DNA of 64,000 bases from Anaerolineae bacterium (lineage in GTDB: Bacteria > Chloroflexota > Anaerolineae > Fen-1058). The DNA lies in NCBI GenBank assembly GCA_035292585.1, contig DATDPU010000148.1, forward strand, positions 4,097 through 68,096, in the 5' to 3' direction. The notes below the pieces were generated by a model. It had not been told where the DNA came from, ran no database searches, and worked only from the letters and a program-made list of their open reading frames with translations. Shown one piece after another: positions 63,112-64,000 of this stretch. Position numbers and translations under genes: made by a program. The first letter of the stretch is position 1. Every line of letters starts with the position of its first letter.

Positions 63112-64000
63112 TCATTCAAGCCACGCCAGCATGGCGCGAATGCTACCGGTGGCCAAGGCAATGCTCGTATCCGCCGCGCCATAATACAGGTAGAGAGTGT
63201 CGCCATCGGGGGCGAGGGTGTAGCCGCACGGAAAGACGACGTTGTCCACGTCCCCACGCCGCTCGTAGGGTTCTTCCGGGCCAAAGACCCACTCATCGCC
63301 GCGTTTCAGGCAACGCTCCGGTGTGTGCAGATCAAACAGCGCCAGTCCGAGCCGGTATAGCGAGCCGGATGCGGTCTGCCGCACACCGTGGTAAATCACC
63401 AGCCAGCCCTGCGGGGTTTCGATGGGCGGGGGCGAGAGGCCGATTTTATTCGCATCCCACCAGCCGCCCCGCCGGGCTTCCAGAATCAGTTTATGGCTGC
63501 CCCAATGCCTCAGGTCAGGCGAATAGGATATCCACATGTGCGCGCCGGGGTAACTGACCGGGCGATGGATCAGCGCCCAATGCTCGCCAATCCGATGCGG
63601 CAACAGCGCCGCATCCTTATCTTCCGGTGACATGATCACACCATAGCGCTCGAAGTGATAGAAATCTTCCGTAAGCGCCAGGGCTACGCCGGGGCCGGCG
63701 CGGGTGTAGGCGGTATAGACGACGGCATACCGGCTTAATTCGGGGAGGTAGGTGATGCGTGGGTCTTCAATGCCCCACAGTTCTTCTGGAAAGTGTTTAG
63801 GATCGGCCAACAGGCTGGGTTGGGAATCAATCTGCCAGTCATCCACACCGTTGGCGGAGCGGGCTACACACAAGTGGGAATGCCCGCGCCGATCCTCCAC
63901 ACGACACAAGAGCAGCGTGGTCCCATCGGGGAGCAACGTGGCGCCGGGATTGAACACGCTATGGGCCGGGTAGGGCCAGTCGGCGGCGGTCAAGATCGGG
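63112..64000 (-). CDS. GH130 family glycoside phosphorylase/hydrolase (beta-mannoside type), 5' end outside window
   Basis: FNPGATLL, LCRVEDRRG, WGIEDPRITYL, WWDANKIGLSPPPIET, VIYHGV, YRLGLALFD, NVVFPCG, LYYGAADT are GH130 five-bladed propeller blocks. The frame is open to nt 64000. Confidence 0.8.
   Translation of the reverse strand, partial: PILTAADWPYPAHSVFNPGATLLPDGTTLLLCRVEDRRGHSHLCVARSANGVDDWQIDSQPSLLADPKHFPEELWGIEDPRITYLPELSRYAVVYTAYTRAGPGVALALTEDFYHFERYGVIMSPEDKDAALLPHRIGEHWALIHRPVSYPGAHMWISYSPDLRHWGSHKLILEARRGGWWDANKIGLSPPPIETPQGWLVIYHGVRQTASGSLYRLGLALFDLHTPERCLKRGDEWVFGPEEPYERRGDVDNVVFPCGYTLAPDGDTLYLYYGAADTSIALATGSIRAMLAWLE

Noticed and set aside
1-64000. Scan for tRNA/rRNA genes, CRISPR arrays, transposases, integrases, phage structural genes, and canonical cysC, cysN, cysH and kdpFABC.
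   Set aside because: None was recognised in any of the six frames or in the intergenic DNA. Their absence is judged by eye only and should be confirmed with tRNAscan-SE, Infernal, ISfinder and profile searches.

Overview
High-GC bacterial chromosomal window. PT-rich linkers and many secreted beta-helix proteins suggest a Chloroflexota-like organism, but that is inference only. Left third (1-26.1 kb): a Wzx/Wzy-type exopolysaccharide locus with an epimerase, Wzz/BY-kinase, Wzy-like polymerase, flippase, GT4, methyltransferase, acetyltransferase and DUF3473 deacetylase. It carries a sulfation module: a sulfotransferase, a pyruvate-kinase-like::ATP-sulfurylase fusion and two orphan P-loop proteins, with no canonical APS kinase. 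Three very large secreted beta-helix / beta-propeller / DNRLRE (CBM96-like) proteins follow, one (1431 aa) containing 25 tandem 24-bp repeats. Middle: a BtrH_N-like protein, an AlkZ/YcaQ-like glycosylase with a decayed 3' end, an SNF2-SWIM-DUF3224 operon, a CopB-type P-type ATPase, a LysM-L,D-transpeptidase, a PatB/MalY lyase, a dnaE C-terminal remnant, and a KimA-like K+ transporter next to a truncated-KdpD/KdpE pair. Right third: a compatible-solute cluster (GH63-like hydrolase, GT20 OtsA-like, GT4, OtsB-like phosphatase, ROK kinase), a crtB-cyclase-crtI operon, a ClpC-type chaperone, a clan GH-A hydrolase, an AT-richer islet and a partial GH130. Intergenic DNA carries at least three families of short palindromic/MITE-like repeats. 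I recognised no rRNA, tRNA, CRISPR array, transposase or integrase. All calls come from reading the translations and the DNA by eye. No searches were run.
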